This document shows, piece after piece, positions 6,985-14,114 of a stretch of 14,114 nucleotides of DNA. Within the stretch, counting starts at the first letter, position 1, and each line of letters opens with the position of its first letter. The notes beneath the pieces are model-generated. The model ran no database searches. It was not told where the DNA came from and saw only the letters and a list, made by a program, of their open reading frames with translations. Both the position numbers and the translations under genes were made by a program. Source of the DNA: Candidatus Jordarchaeia archaeon (GTDB taxonomy: Archaea; Asgardarchaeota; Jordiarchaeia; Jordiarchaeales; Jordiarchaeaceae); NCBI GenBank assembly GCA_029856435.1, contig JAHQXB010000166.1:1-14114 (forward strand), in the 5' to 3' direction.

Positions 6985-9408
6985 TCAACTTATTATTCTG
7001 GGTTTTGACTTTCTTGAATAGCTTAGAATTTTATTGTATTCTTTTCCAATTATTTGTGCCATTGCTGGTGCTATGTGTCGCTCTATGTCTCCCTCCATGA
7101 GGGTGCTGGGTGTAATTCTTGGTGATAGTTTTCCCTCCCTTTGCAGATCGGCTAGCAAGTCTTTGACGAATTTAATGGCTTTATCGTAGGTTATTTGCTC
7201 AACTTCTTCTCGCTTAAAGCTGCTATATATTGTGTTCATGGATAGATAGTAGAATTTAGCTAGAGCTTCGAGATTTTCAAGCTTAATGGGGGTAACGGTT
7301 CCGTGTTCTTGGCAGTAGGTGTCGCCCAATTCTTTTGCGCATACTGGGCAAACCGTTTTTCCAACTTCGGTACGCAGGTAGAAGAGTATCATAGCTGCTG
7401 TTCTACGATTGTCGGCTTCGCTCCATTCTAATTGGGCAAGCTCAACGCCACTTAAAGCCCTCATAGCAACGTTCACTTTTTTCTCAATTAGTCCTATGGG
7501 TTCGACTTTCTCGAATCTCTCCATCCTTGCAAGTTCCTTCTTCTTTTCCTCCTTCTCCTTTGCCACATCTATGCGTTTTCTTTTTTCTTCCTGTGTTTCG
7601 AAGTAGCGATGCGTTATGTCGAAGGCGGTGGCGTAGCTTACTGGTTCAATTTTTTCTATGTTGAGAGGCTTTTCGACTACACTTAAAAATACGGGGCTGG
7701 GTGTGCTTTTCAGTTCTTTGATTGATTCATCTAGGGACTTGCTACTTATGCGCGCCCAAATGAATCCATTTATTTGGTGAGAATCAAGGTGTGGAAATAT
7801 TTCCTTTAACTCTTGTTGGCGTAGCATTATCAAATCAAAGAAAAGTTCTTCCTTCGAAGCTCTGAGACTGGGTTCGGATTCGTCTGCAAAGGCTTTGTAG
7901 ATGATTCCGAATCTTTCAAGGTCATTCTTTAGCCTCTCGTAAATTTCAACTACACGACTCAAGTGTGTGAAAGAGTCGGAAATTAGCTTGTAGTAGGCGT
8001 CATCGTTAATTTTTCGGATGAAACTTTCTATCTCACTCATAGCCAATAATTCTCTTATACTTCCTACCTTCAAATCTTTTAGTATAAGGTTAACCTTCTG
8101 TTCAATTTCGAGAAGTTCTTTTAGTTCTTCAGGAGGTGGAAGCATTATGTATTTCTTGAGTTCTCTTAGTACAAGATCATCAATAGCACTTAATTCTGAA
8201 GAAGGTTTTGTATATGTCCAAAGAGAAATTTTTCCTTCATGAACTTTGTATCCCTGACCTTTAAGGCGCGGTATGACGTTTTTTACTAGAGTGTTTCTTA
8301 TTCTAAGAAGACGTGTAATTCTTTCAATTATGTATTTGAAGTCTTCAGCACTAATGTTAGCCTCTTCCAGTTTTTTGGTTAATTTGTCGAGGGGAAGTGT
8401 AAGTGAGGAGCAGAGGGAGTACCAATCTTCGAATCCTTGTTGTTTCATACGTTGTTCAATTTCTTCTCGAGTTTCGTCTAATAGGTATGTTAGAAAGGAT
8501 TCTAGCGCTATGGGTTCGGCGGCCTTTTTAATTATTTCGCTAGTAATAGCTTTCCTGCAAATTTCGTACAAATCGGTTAAAGTTGTTTTCTTAGCGTCGT
8601 AATCGTCTAGTATCTTTAAGAGTTCTAGTTTCAACTTACATGCATCAATATAGGTTTTAAGATCTAATTCTTTTTGGGGAATATTTCTAAACATATTTTC
8701 TGTTACAATTAAGGAAGCGTGTTCTAAAACCTCAACATTGCTAGTTAGAGTTTCAAAATCAATTGTCTCTTCTAATTTTTTTCTCAATTCCTTGTGGGTT
8801 GAAATTTCTATACACTCCTCTTCGTGAGGACCCTTGATGTCTTCTTCGAGATCTATGGGTTTTGGTTTAAATCCATAGGCAAGTTTTATTTTTTCGACCC
8901 TAATTTGGGGAGTGAGGTAGTTTATGTTTCCCATAAAGTCTATGAAGTGCGTTCTTGGGTATTTTGTGTATACTTCAACCAGTATATCTTGAATTAGTTT
9001 CTGGAGTTTAGACTTAGATTCTCCCTTGAGCCTTATCTCGGCGGCTCTCAATTGAATTTCTATCTGTTTCCTAAGTAGTTCCCTTTCTTTCTGAAAGGAG
9101 TCAGCTAAGAGAGTGTTCACTTCCCCATAGAGTTCATCCCACTGCTTCTTGGCTAGCCCCTTCAGTTCTTCAGGCGCTTTAACCTCACCTGAAGTAAGGT
9201 CAACCGTGTGCACGCCGCGGTAGTGATAAATGTATGAAACAACTGCGGCCTTAACGAAATCGGAGAAGTACGCTCTTTCCCCCACTATTGAAATCAAATA
9301 TTTTTGCTCTGATTCAGATTTTAGGCGTGTTGCTAAAGCTTGTCTAATAATAAATTCTTGAGCTACTTCTCTTAAAACCATCCTTTGTGAAGTTAGCCAG
9401 TCGGACAT
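6985..9408 (-). CDS. Large mostly alpha-helical hypothetical protein (807 aa) with a C-terminal Cx2Cx8Cx2H zinc-binding motif
   Basis: Uninterrupted 2.4-kb ORF; ATG 4 nt after the upstream gene's stop; CPVCAKELGDTYCQEH at aa 687-702 (nt 7350-7303); E/K/R-rich helix at aa ~604-634. No family recognised. Confidence 0.9.
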   Translation of the reverse strand: MSDWLTSQRMVLREVAQEFIIRQALATRLKSESEQKYLISIVGERAYFSDFVKAAVVSYIYHYRGVHTVDLTSGEVKAPEELKGLAKKQWDELYGEVNTLLADSFQKERELLRKQIEIQLRAAEIRLKGESKSKLQKLIQDILVEVYTKYPRTHFIDFMGNINYLTPQIRVEKIKLAYGFKPKPIDLEEDIKGPHEEECIEISTHKELRKKLEETIDFETLTSNVEVLEHASLIVTENMFRNIPQKELDLKTYIDACKLKLELLKILDDYDAKKTTLTDLYEICRKAITSEIIKKAAEPIALESFLTYLLDETREEIEQRMKQQGFEDWYSLCSSLTLPLDKLTKKLEEANISAEDFKYIIERITRLLRIRNTLVKNVIPRLKGQGYKVHEGKISLWTYTKPSSELSAIDDLVLRELKKYIMLPPPEELKELLEIEQKVNLILKDLKVGSIRELLAMSEIESFIRKINDDAYYKLISDSFTHLSRVVEIYERLKNDLERFGIIYKAFADESEPSLRASKEELFFDLIMLRQQELKEIFPHLDSHQINGFIWARISSKSLDESIKELKSTPSPVFLSVVEKPLNIEKIEPVSYATAFDITHRYFETQEEKRKRIDVAKEKEEKKKELARMERFEKVEPIGLIEKKVNVAMRALSGVELAQLEWSEADNRRTAAMILFYLRTEVGKTVCPVCAKELGDTYCQEHGTVTPIKLENLEALAKFYYLSMNTIYSSFKREEVEQITYDKAIKFVKDLLADLQREGKLSPRITPSTLMEGDIERHIAPAMAQIIGKEYNKILSYSRKSKPRIIS

Positions 9409-9412
9409 TTCA

Positions 9413-12151
9413 TCACTCTCCCATTTGTCCGTGTGTTTTCAGCCAATTGTTTCCTATAGAAAGCCTTATTCTGCCAGGGGCGGCATAATCGTACAGAGCT
9501 AGGTACTCTAAACTGGGGTCATCCTTATTTTTGAGATATAACCTTGTGGGTCGAGGTAACAGATTACTGAAGGCTTTAAGATATGTGTATTCTATGTGGT
9601 CGAGTAGACCTTCAATAAATTTAATGGGAGGCCTAGATTGAATCTCCAAAGGCTTCATTGAGCTTAGAAATGACGTTATTTCTGTTTTAAAAAGCTTGTA
9701 GGTTTCCTTATTTAAGTTTAATAGTGTGGAATAGTTGCTAATGACCAAGTTAGTGGCCGCAATTAGTTGTTCGCGCTTAGTGATTTCTTGGTTATACTCA
9801 TTCATCTCATCTTCGAGTGATTGTAATTCTTTCAACAATTGATTATAGGCGGAGTTTAGACCTCTGATTTCTTCATTTATTTGAGTCAATTGATTTTCTA
9901 GCACTTTAACATCTCTAGCCATTTTTTCAATTTCAATTTTCAGCTTTTCGATAGAAGAGCGAATATTATCAGTTTGAATTTTCAACTCATCCTCGCTTTT
10001 GCCTCCAACAACCGCTGCTTTTAAGTCTCTTAGTCTCTGTATTTCTGTCTCTATCTTATCGATTAATATCTTCTTGGCTTCTATCTCTTGGTGGAGCCGC
10101 AGTGGCATTTCCCGTTTAACTTTTATTTCCTCCTCGATTTTTATTCTAATACTTTCTTTGGCATCTAAATCGCTTTTCACCACTTTAATTTGTTGGCCAA
10201 CGGCGTATATCCTACTTTTTACCTCCTCTACTTTGTCATTCCACTGCTGGATTTCGTACTGGATACTTTGGCTTACACTACGCAAATTGTGAAGAGGCGC
10301 ATACTCACCACTCCCCTTTTCTCTCTGTTCTCCAACGAAGTTCACGAAGCTTTTTATCAACTTGAAAGGAGTTATTTCTTTATCTCTTATCTCCTCCTTG
10401 AAACTAGAAATCCACTCTCTGGCTAAATCTCTCCACTGAGGGTAATCTTCAAATTCTTGTTCAATGTGACTTGAAAAGGCGTCGAGAAAAACATCACTTG
10501 AAAGCTTGTCCGGCCTCTTCTTTATAAATTTAGGAAGAACATCATAGCTCAGAATATAGTCAGCAAGTCCGGGAACCACTTCCGTCATTCTGTTGATTAT
10601 GTAGTCTTTAGTGTTTTTCAAAAACGCTTGTTCGTCTGGCCCCACCCTTTGTATGATATTATTGATTGCGATTTCTAGAATTTGTGATGGAGATGTTATG
10701 CTGTCTCTTTCACTAAACCTCATTGAGGCGTCAATGATATCATTTTTGATTGATTTTCTGAGATCGTCCAGCGTCCACTTCGTTGAACCAAATAGCGTAT
10801 ATTTACCTTCTATCTCGTTTTCAAGGAGGGACTTGAAAGCTTCCAAAAATTTTTTTATGAGTTCCTTTTGCATCTCGTCCTTCTTTAAATTCTCAAGAAA
10901 CTCTTGGAATGTCTGTTCAGCCAATTCCTTTTCACATTTTATTGCCAGGAAGGAGGAGAGAGCTTGATTAAAAACTTCCAGTGCCCTCTTAGAATGCGCC
11001 ATAAAGTAAGACAGATCACCTTTAAATTCCCACGCCCAGAACTCTCTAGTTTCTTCTCCGTACTCCGAAATAAGATATTCTTGAAAGGATTTGCCCAAAG
11101 AATTCATTAAAGGAAACGCGGAATCTTCGCGTAACATTTTCTCGAAACTTTCTAGGTGGCCGTCTAATTTTGATTTTATGCCACTCTGAATAAACATGTT
11201 CCCCCGCTCTTCGAACTTGCCAAGAATTCCTGAACATTCGATAAGGAATTTTTTCCCCTCTTCAAGAAGCCATTGGGGCTGCTGCGGGGCAGTGTTTTCT
11301 AATTTATCTATGAATGCGTTATATAGGGCTTCAACAACACTTTTTTCCACAACTTCTATAGTGTAGTCGTTGATTAGTGAAAGAATCTCTCTTCCCAAGG
11401 CGCCTATATCACTTATCAGGGTTTGGATAGCTGTTTTGGTAAATATAATATGTTGAAAATGTTCAAGAAGAACTTCTTCTGAGCCAGGTATATCCTGAAT
11501 ACTAACATTTTCCACAGTGGCTTTAAAACCGGCGGGCCTCAGAGAATAGTCAACTTCAAAGCTCCCAGTAACCACAGTATCTATGTCAATACCCAAATGT
11601 CTAATAAAGTCTCTTCCATATTTTTCACGATATTTCTTCTGAGTTACTTCACCATGAACACGCCTAGTGAATCTATCAACAAATTTTTCTAAAACGTTAG
11701 CTCCTTCAGACTTCATATTTAAACCGGATAAGTAGCACGCCTTCTCTATATCAGTTAATTTTCTGTTCAATTCATCAGCTAACTCAATTGAACGAATCAC
11801 ATCTACTAGACCCTTCTCTTGCTCCAAAAGAACTAGGAAGTTTGAATGCTCCTCCCATAATCCCACTGTTAAGGCTAACACTTCAGGTAGAGTACCACCC
11901 CACACCATACGTGAAAGTTCAAATTCCACCGCACGAAGCTCAACCCCGCTAGTCTCACTGATCAAGTTGTTCAATTTATGTATCAGATAGCCTATGTTTG
12001 AGGCTAACATTTTGGCTTTAGGGAGTGAAACTGTTTCCGGTCCCACAAGAGATCCAAAAGAGCCAGTTAAATTAGAGCTGTATCCGAATACTGAAACCAC
12101 AGCCTTTTTTAAGGCCTCTGCGGTGCTTGGAGCAGTTTCTCTACTCGCCAT
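9413..12151 (-). CDS. Large hypothetical protein (912 aa): alpha/beta N-terminal domain, helical core, long coiled coil (aa ~620-830) and beta-rich C-terminal tail
   Basis: Uninterrupted 2.7-kb ORF; GTGAGG SD at 12164-12159; clear 4-3 heptad spacing at aa 630-662 and 730-797; no Walker A/B or ABC signature seen. Confidence 0.9.
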   Translation of the reverse strand: MASRETAPSTAEALKKAVVSVFGYSSNLTGSFGSLVGPETVSLPKAKMLASNIGYLIHKLNNLISETSGVELRAVEFELSRMVWGGTLPEVLALTVGLWEEHSNFLVLLEQEKGLVDVIRSIELADELNRKLTDIEKACYLSGLNMKSEGANVLEKFVDRFTRRVHGEVTQKKYREKYGRDFIRHLGIDIDTVVTGSFEVDYSLRPAGFKATVENVSIQDIPGSEEVLLEHFQHIIFTKTAIQTLISDIGALGREILSLINDYTIEVVEKSVVEALYNAFIDKLENTAPQQPQWLLEEGKKFLIECSGILGKFEERGNMFIQSGIKSKLDGHLESFEKMLREDSAFPLMNSLGKSFQEYLISEYGEETREFWAWEFKGDLSYFMAHSKRALEVFNQALSSFLAIKCEKELAEQTFQEFLENLKKDEMQKELIKKFLEAFKSLLENEIEGKYTLFGSTKWTLDDLRKSIKNDIIDASMRFSERDSITSPSQILEIAINNIIQRVGPDEQAFLKNTKDYIINRMTEVVPGLADYILSYDVLPKFIKKRPDKLSSDVFLDAFSSHIEQEFEDYPQWRDLAREWISSFKEEIRDKEITPFKLIKSFVNFVGEQREKGSGEYAPLHNLRSVSQSIQYEIQQWNDKVEEVKSRIYAVGQQIKVVKSDLDAKESIRIKIEEEIKVKREMPLRLHQEIEAKKILIDKIETEIQRLRDLKAAVVGGKSEDELKIQTDNIRSSIEKLKIEIEKMARDVKVLENQLTQINEEIRGLNSAYNQLLKELQSLEDEMNEYNQEITKREQLIAATNLVISNYSTLLNLNKETYKLFKTEITSFLSSMKPLEIQSRPPIKFIEGLLDHIEYTYLKAFSNLLPRPTRLYLKNKDDPSLEYLALYDYAAPGRIRLSIGNNWLKTHGQMGE

Positions 12152-12203
12152 AGTTAACCCTCACTTTTCAGAGTTCTTTAGCTTAAAATATGTATTGGGC
12201 AAT

Positions 12204-12218
12204 TATTTAATGTTTCTT
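12204..12218 (-). promoter_or_regulatory. Putative BRE/TATA of the 912/807-aa gene pair
   Basis: AAGAAAC-A-TTAAATA on the minus strand, about 50 nt before ATG 12151. Confidence 0.35.
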
Positions 12219-12283
12219 AAAAAAACCGGCCGCAAATCCCCACCGTTAAATAATATTCCATTTGCAGGTATACTTGTTCAAAA

Positions 12284-12299
12284 CGAAAGAATCTTAAAT
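12284..12299 (+). promoter_or_regulatory. Putative BRE/TATA of the zinc-ribbon gene
   Basis: CGAAAG-AAT-CTTAAAT about 35 nt before ATG 12335; divergent from the large-gene promoter. Confidence 0.35.
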
Positions 12300-12334
12300 C
12301 TATGTTATAATCATAAACATTAGGGTGTTAAATA

Positions 12335-12724
12335 ATGGTTAAAGCATTACCAATATTGTTAAGTATTGTACTTGGTGGCCTTGGTATATTCGCAATCATA
12401 TTGGCTTTTGCCTATCCAAGTGTTCTAGCGCTAATTGTTGGAGCCATCATAATACTTATCAGTATAGTAAGCCTAGCTTGGGGCCTAAACCAGAAGGAGG
12501 ATGAAGAAACTCCTAAGGAGCCAAAACAGATTAAAGTGAAAGCCGAAGAAGCAAAAGTTCCCATAAAAATCACTAAACCCGAACCGGAAAAGTATAAACC
12601 CATTAAACCCACTAGAGCAACCGTGCTTGCACCTAACTCAATTTATTGCCCATACTGTGGTAAACAAATACCAAAAGACAGTATGTATTGCCCAAACTGC
12701 GGATCATATTTGGAAGGAGAATAA
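12335..12724 (+). CDS. Membrane-anchored zinc-ribbon protein (129 aa)
   Basis: Two hydrophobic helices (aa ~5-50), a P/E/K-rich linker, and C-terminal CPYCG-x9-CPNCG. AGGGTG SD-like sequence upstream. Confidence 0.85.
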   Translation: MVKALPILLSIVLGGLGIFAIILAFAYPSVLALIVGAIIILISIVSLAWGLNQKEDEETPKEPKQIKVKAEEAKVPIKITKPEPEKYKPIKPTRATVLAPNSIYCPYCGKQIPKDSMYCPNCGSYLEGE

Positions 12725-12911
12725 CAATTTAAAAAGGGTTCCTGATTTTTGGAATGTCGCTTCGTATATTCTCCCATTCCTCCTTGTAAACTCACCTCTT
12801 GGTGACGTAAATTTATTTGTCTCCACTTCTCTGGTGGGACTTTAAACTGCGAAATGAGCTTAATAACCCCCCTTCAGTACTTTCGAATTGTTAATTGTTT
12901 TTATATTTTTA

Positions 12912-14114
12912 TCACCTCATTTTTAACTTTTCATCAATGGTTATATTGGGGGTAGAAGCAGAACACGGTCCCAAATACGAGGATGTGGATGGTGCGCTGG
13001 GCCTCTGGAGGCGTTCTCCCCCCACTACTTTGATATGCTGAGGAGGAGGGTGAGAAAGTTCTACAATATGATTCCCACAAAGAACACCCGCCGCCCAAAA
13101 GTTGTCCCTGTTTGACATAGTACGGCAGCGGAACCACCTCCCATCCCGACAGGATGGCTCTACGCCGAACCGGGAGTTGAAGGCAACAACCACACACACC
13201 ACTCCCCGCCCGGAGTCCCTTGTCCGCAATCAGAAATGTGAGTTCGCCATACCTGCGGCAGATGATCAGCCAGACCTCATGCTCGCAGCGTCCCCCAGAC
13301 TCATCGCAGCGCATAGTATACTTGAATCTGCCTTCACCCCCCTCAAGGGTTGAAGGTTGTTCTCCTCAACCAGCCTTTTTACGGGCTCATTCACTGGCCC
13401 CAGATTATGAATCTTATCCCCCCGCGGTCAAGCTCCTTCACCAGGTTTGTGTCGTAGAAGCCTCCGTCCAGCACCAATAGGCCTATTTTTACCAGGCGTT
13501 GGGCTTGTTCTACCAGTTTTAGGACGATTTCCGCCACCTTGTCCCCCCTTTTTCTACCACTTCTCCCAGATTGTAGAGGTATCCATCCTCGCAGATGTAG
13601 GCAGTTACAAACCTAAAAGAAGCGCTGGTGCCAATACTGGGTGATGCAGATTTATTCGGTTCCATCTCTCTAATAAGGCTCCAAATCGTGAAAGAAGCCC
13701 TATAAACACCCCTTTTTGAGACGAAACCGAACAATTCTACATCACCCCAATACTGTTCGAAAGATGTTTTTAGCCGTTTTTACTTAAGGGAAAATTATGT
13801 GCTCTGTGGCTGTTTTTGGCGAGAAAAACGAGTTAAAGTGCGCAAACAAGCCTCCAGATAAGCCCATTCCGCTCCCTCAACCCAATTTTTCGAACACTAT
13901 TGGCGTTAGTGCCCTCCCTCCTCTCGGTGATTACATGTTCTGACTGAGAACCTCCATAGTAGGGCTCATCACGCAGTCGATGGCCAGTAGTGTTTTCCTC
14001 TGCTTCATCTCTCCTCTGAATCGGGTGTTGTTTGAGGCTCTGGTACAGTACTCGTTCACCGCGGCTTAGATCTGTTCCATGTCTGGTGGTTTGAGTTTCT
14101 CCAGTACGGCGTCT
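12912..14114 (-). pseudogene. ISH3-like DDE transposase pseudogene
   Basis: Stitching minus-strand frames gives LLAID (D 13978-13976) / DEPYYGG..REGTNA / SFRFVTAYICEDG / LLVLDGGFYD (D 13468-13466) / FNSRFGVE (E 13160-13158)..RCRTMSN / RRVFFVGIIL*NFL. This follows the ISH3 pattern AID..PYYG, GT..F.YATAY, LDRGFY, RWGIE, LYN as I recall it. In-frame stops at 14068-14066 and 13063-13061, several frameshifts, and a 271-bp insertion. Confidence 0.82.
13632..13902. mobile_element. Composite MITE-like insertion (271 bp) inside the transposase
   Basis: Flanked by 10-bp imperfect direct repeats GCGCTGGTGC (13622-13631) and GCGTTAGTGC (13903-13912). Ends are CAATAC...CTATTG. Removing the insertion plus one repeat copy restores the frame EGTNASFRFVTAYIC. 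Two internal units: 13632-13747 (30-bp IR, 25/30) and 13748-13902 (18-bp TIR, 16/18). Confidence 0.78.

Larger units (their letters stand above)
12875..14114 (-). mobile_element. Decayed ISH3-like (IS4-superfamily DDE) insertion sequence; other end lies outside the window
   Basis: Contains the transposase remnants listed in the next feature and looks more GC-rich than the flanking DNA. A putative terminal repeat CAGTACTTTCGAA at 12875-12887 lies just beyond the transposase 3' end. Confidence 0.75.

Noticed and set aside
7351-7380. EVGKT in the 807-aa protein as a Walker A motif
   Set aside because: It lacks the upstream Gly of GxxxxGK[ST] and directly precedes the zinc ligands.
8210-8290. 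Winged-helix- or cullin-like segment in the 807-aa protein (IPRLKGQGYKVHEGKISL)
   Set aside because: Only a short resemblance and not separable from chance without profile or structure searches.
624-11237. Numerous 60-185-aa ORFs antisense to or overlapping the main genes (e.g. 624-989, 1542-2099, 2115-2414, 3562-4044, 5956-6297, 7409-7606, 10611-10967)
   Set aside because: They shadow well-supported genes, have S/F/I-rich composition typical of reverse-strand reads, and show no motifs.
9413-12151. SMC/Rad50/RecN or dynamin assignment for the 912-aa coiled-coil protein
   Set aside because: No Walker A, Walker B, ABC signature, CxxC hook, hinge domain or GTPase motifs.
12640-12800. Minus-strand ORF after GGAGGA/GAGGTGAG (MGEYTKRHS...)
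   Set aside because: SD spacing is 0 or 13 nt, and the ORF runs antisense into the zinc-ribbon gene with no recognisable content.
12912-13734. ORF-track proteins at 12912-13229, 12934-13314, 13102-13353, 13220-13480, 13447-13644 and 13519-13734 as real genes; LIADKG as an IS5-type catalytic motif; stop read-through as Sec or Pyl
   Set aside because: They are frame fragments or shadows of the decayed transposase. The catalytic Asp is better placed at LDGGFY, and multiple frameshifts indicate decay rather than recoding.
1-14114. CRISPR array, tRNA or rRNA genes
   Set aside because: No regularly spaced repeats, cloverleaf signatures or rRNA-like sequence seen.

Overview
Archaeal genomic window (GGTGA/GTGAGG-type ribosome-binding sites, TTG starts, methanofuran genes). 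The gene mix suggests an Asgard or TACK lineage, which is inferred and not verified. Left to right: a possible frameshifted gene start running off the left edge; a radical SAM enzyme; an SLC13/ArsB-NhaD-type permease with a CBS-pair gene upstream; a 167-bp MITE-like insertion; the methanofuran kinase mfnE; an MglA/CvnD-like small GTPase fused to a winged helix and carrying Leu at the usual catalytic Gln; mfnB with a palindrome around its TATA box; a tightly coupled pair of large proteins I cannot assign to any family (807 aa helical with a CCCH zinc site; 912 aa with a possible longin-like N-terminus and a long fold-back coiled coil); a divergent membrane-anchored zinc-ribbon protein; and a decayed ISH3-like transposase interrupted by a composite MITE. 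The strongest candidates for new biology are the 807/912-aa pair and the GTPase-wHTH fusion. All calls come from reading the sequence by eye; no searches were run.
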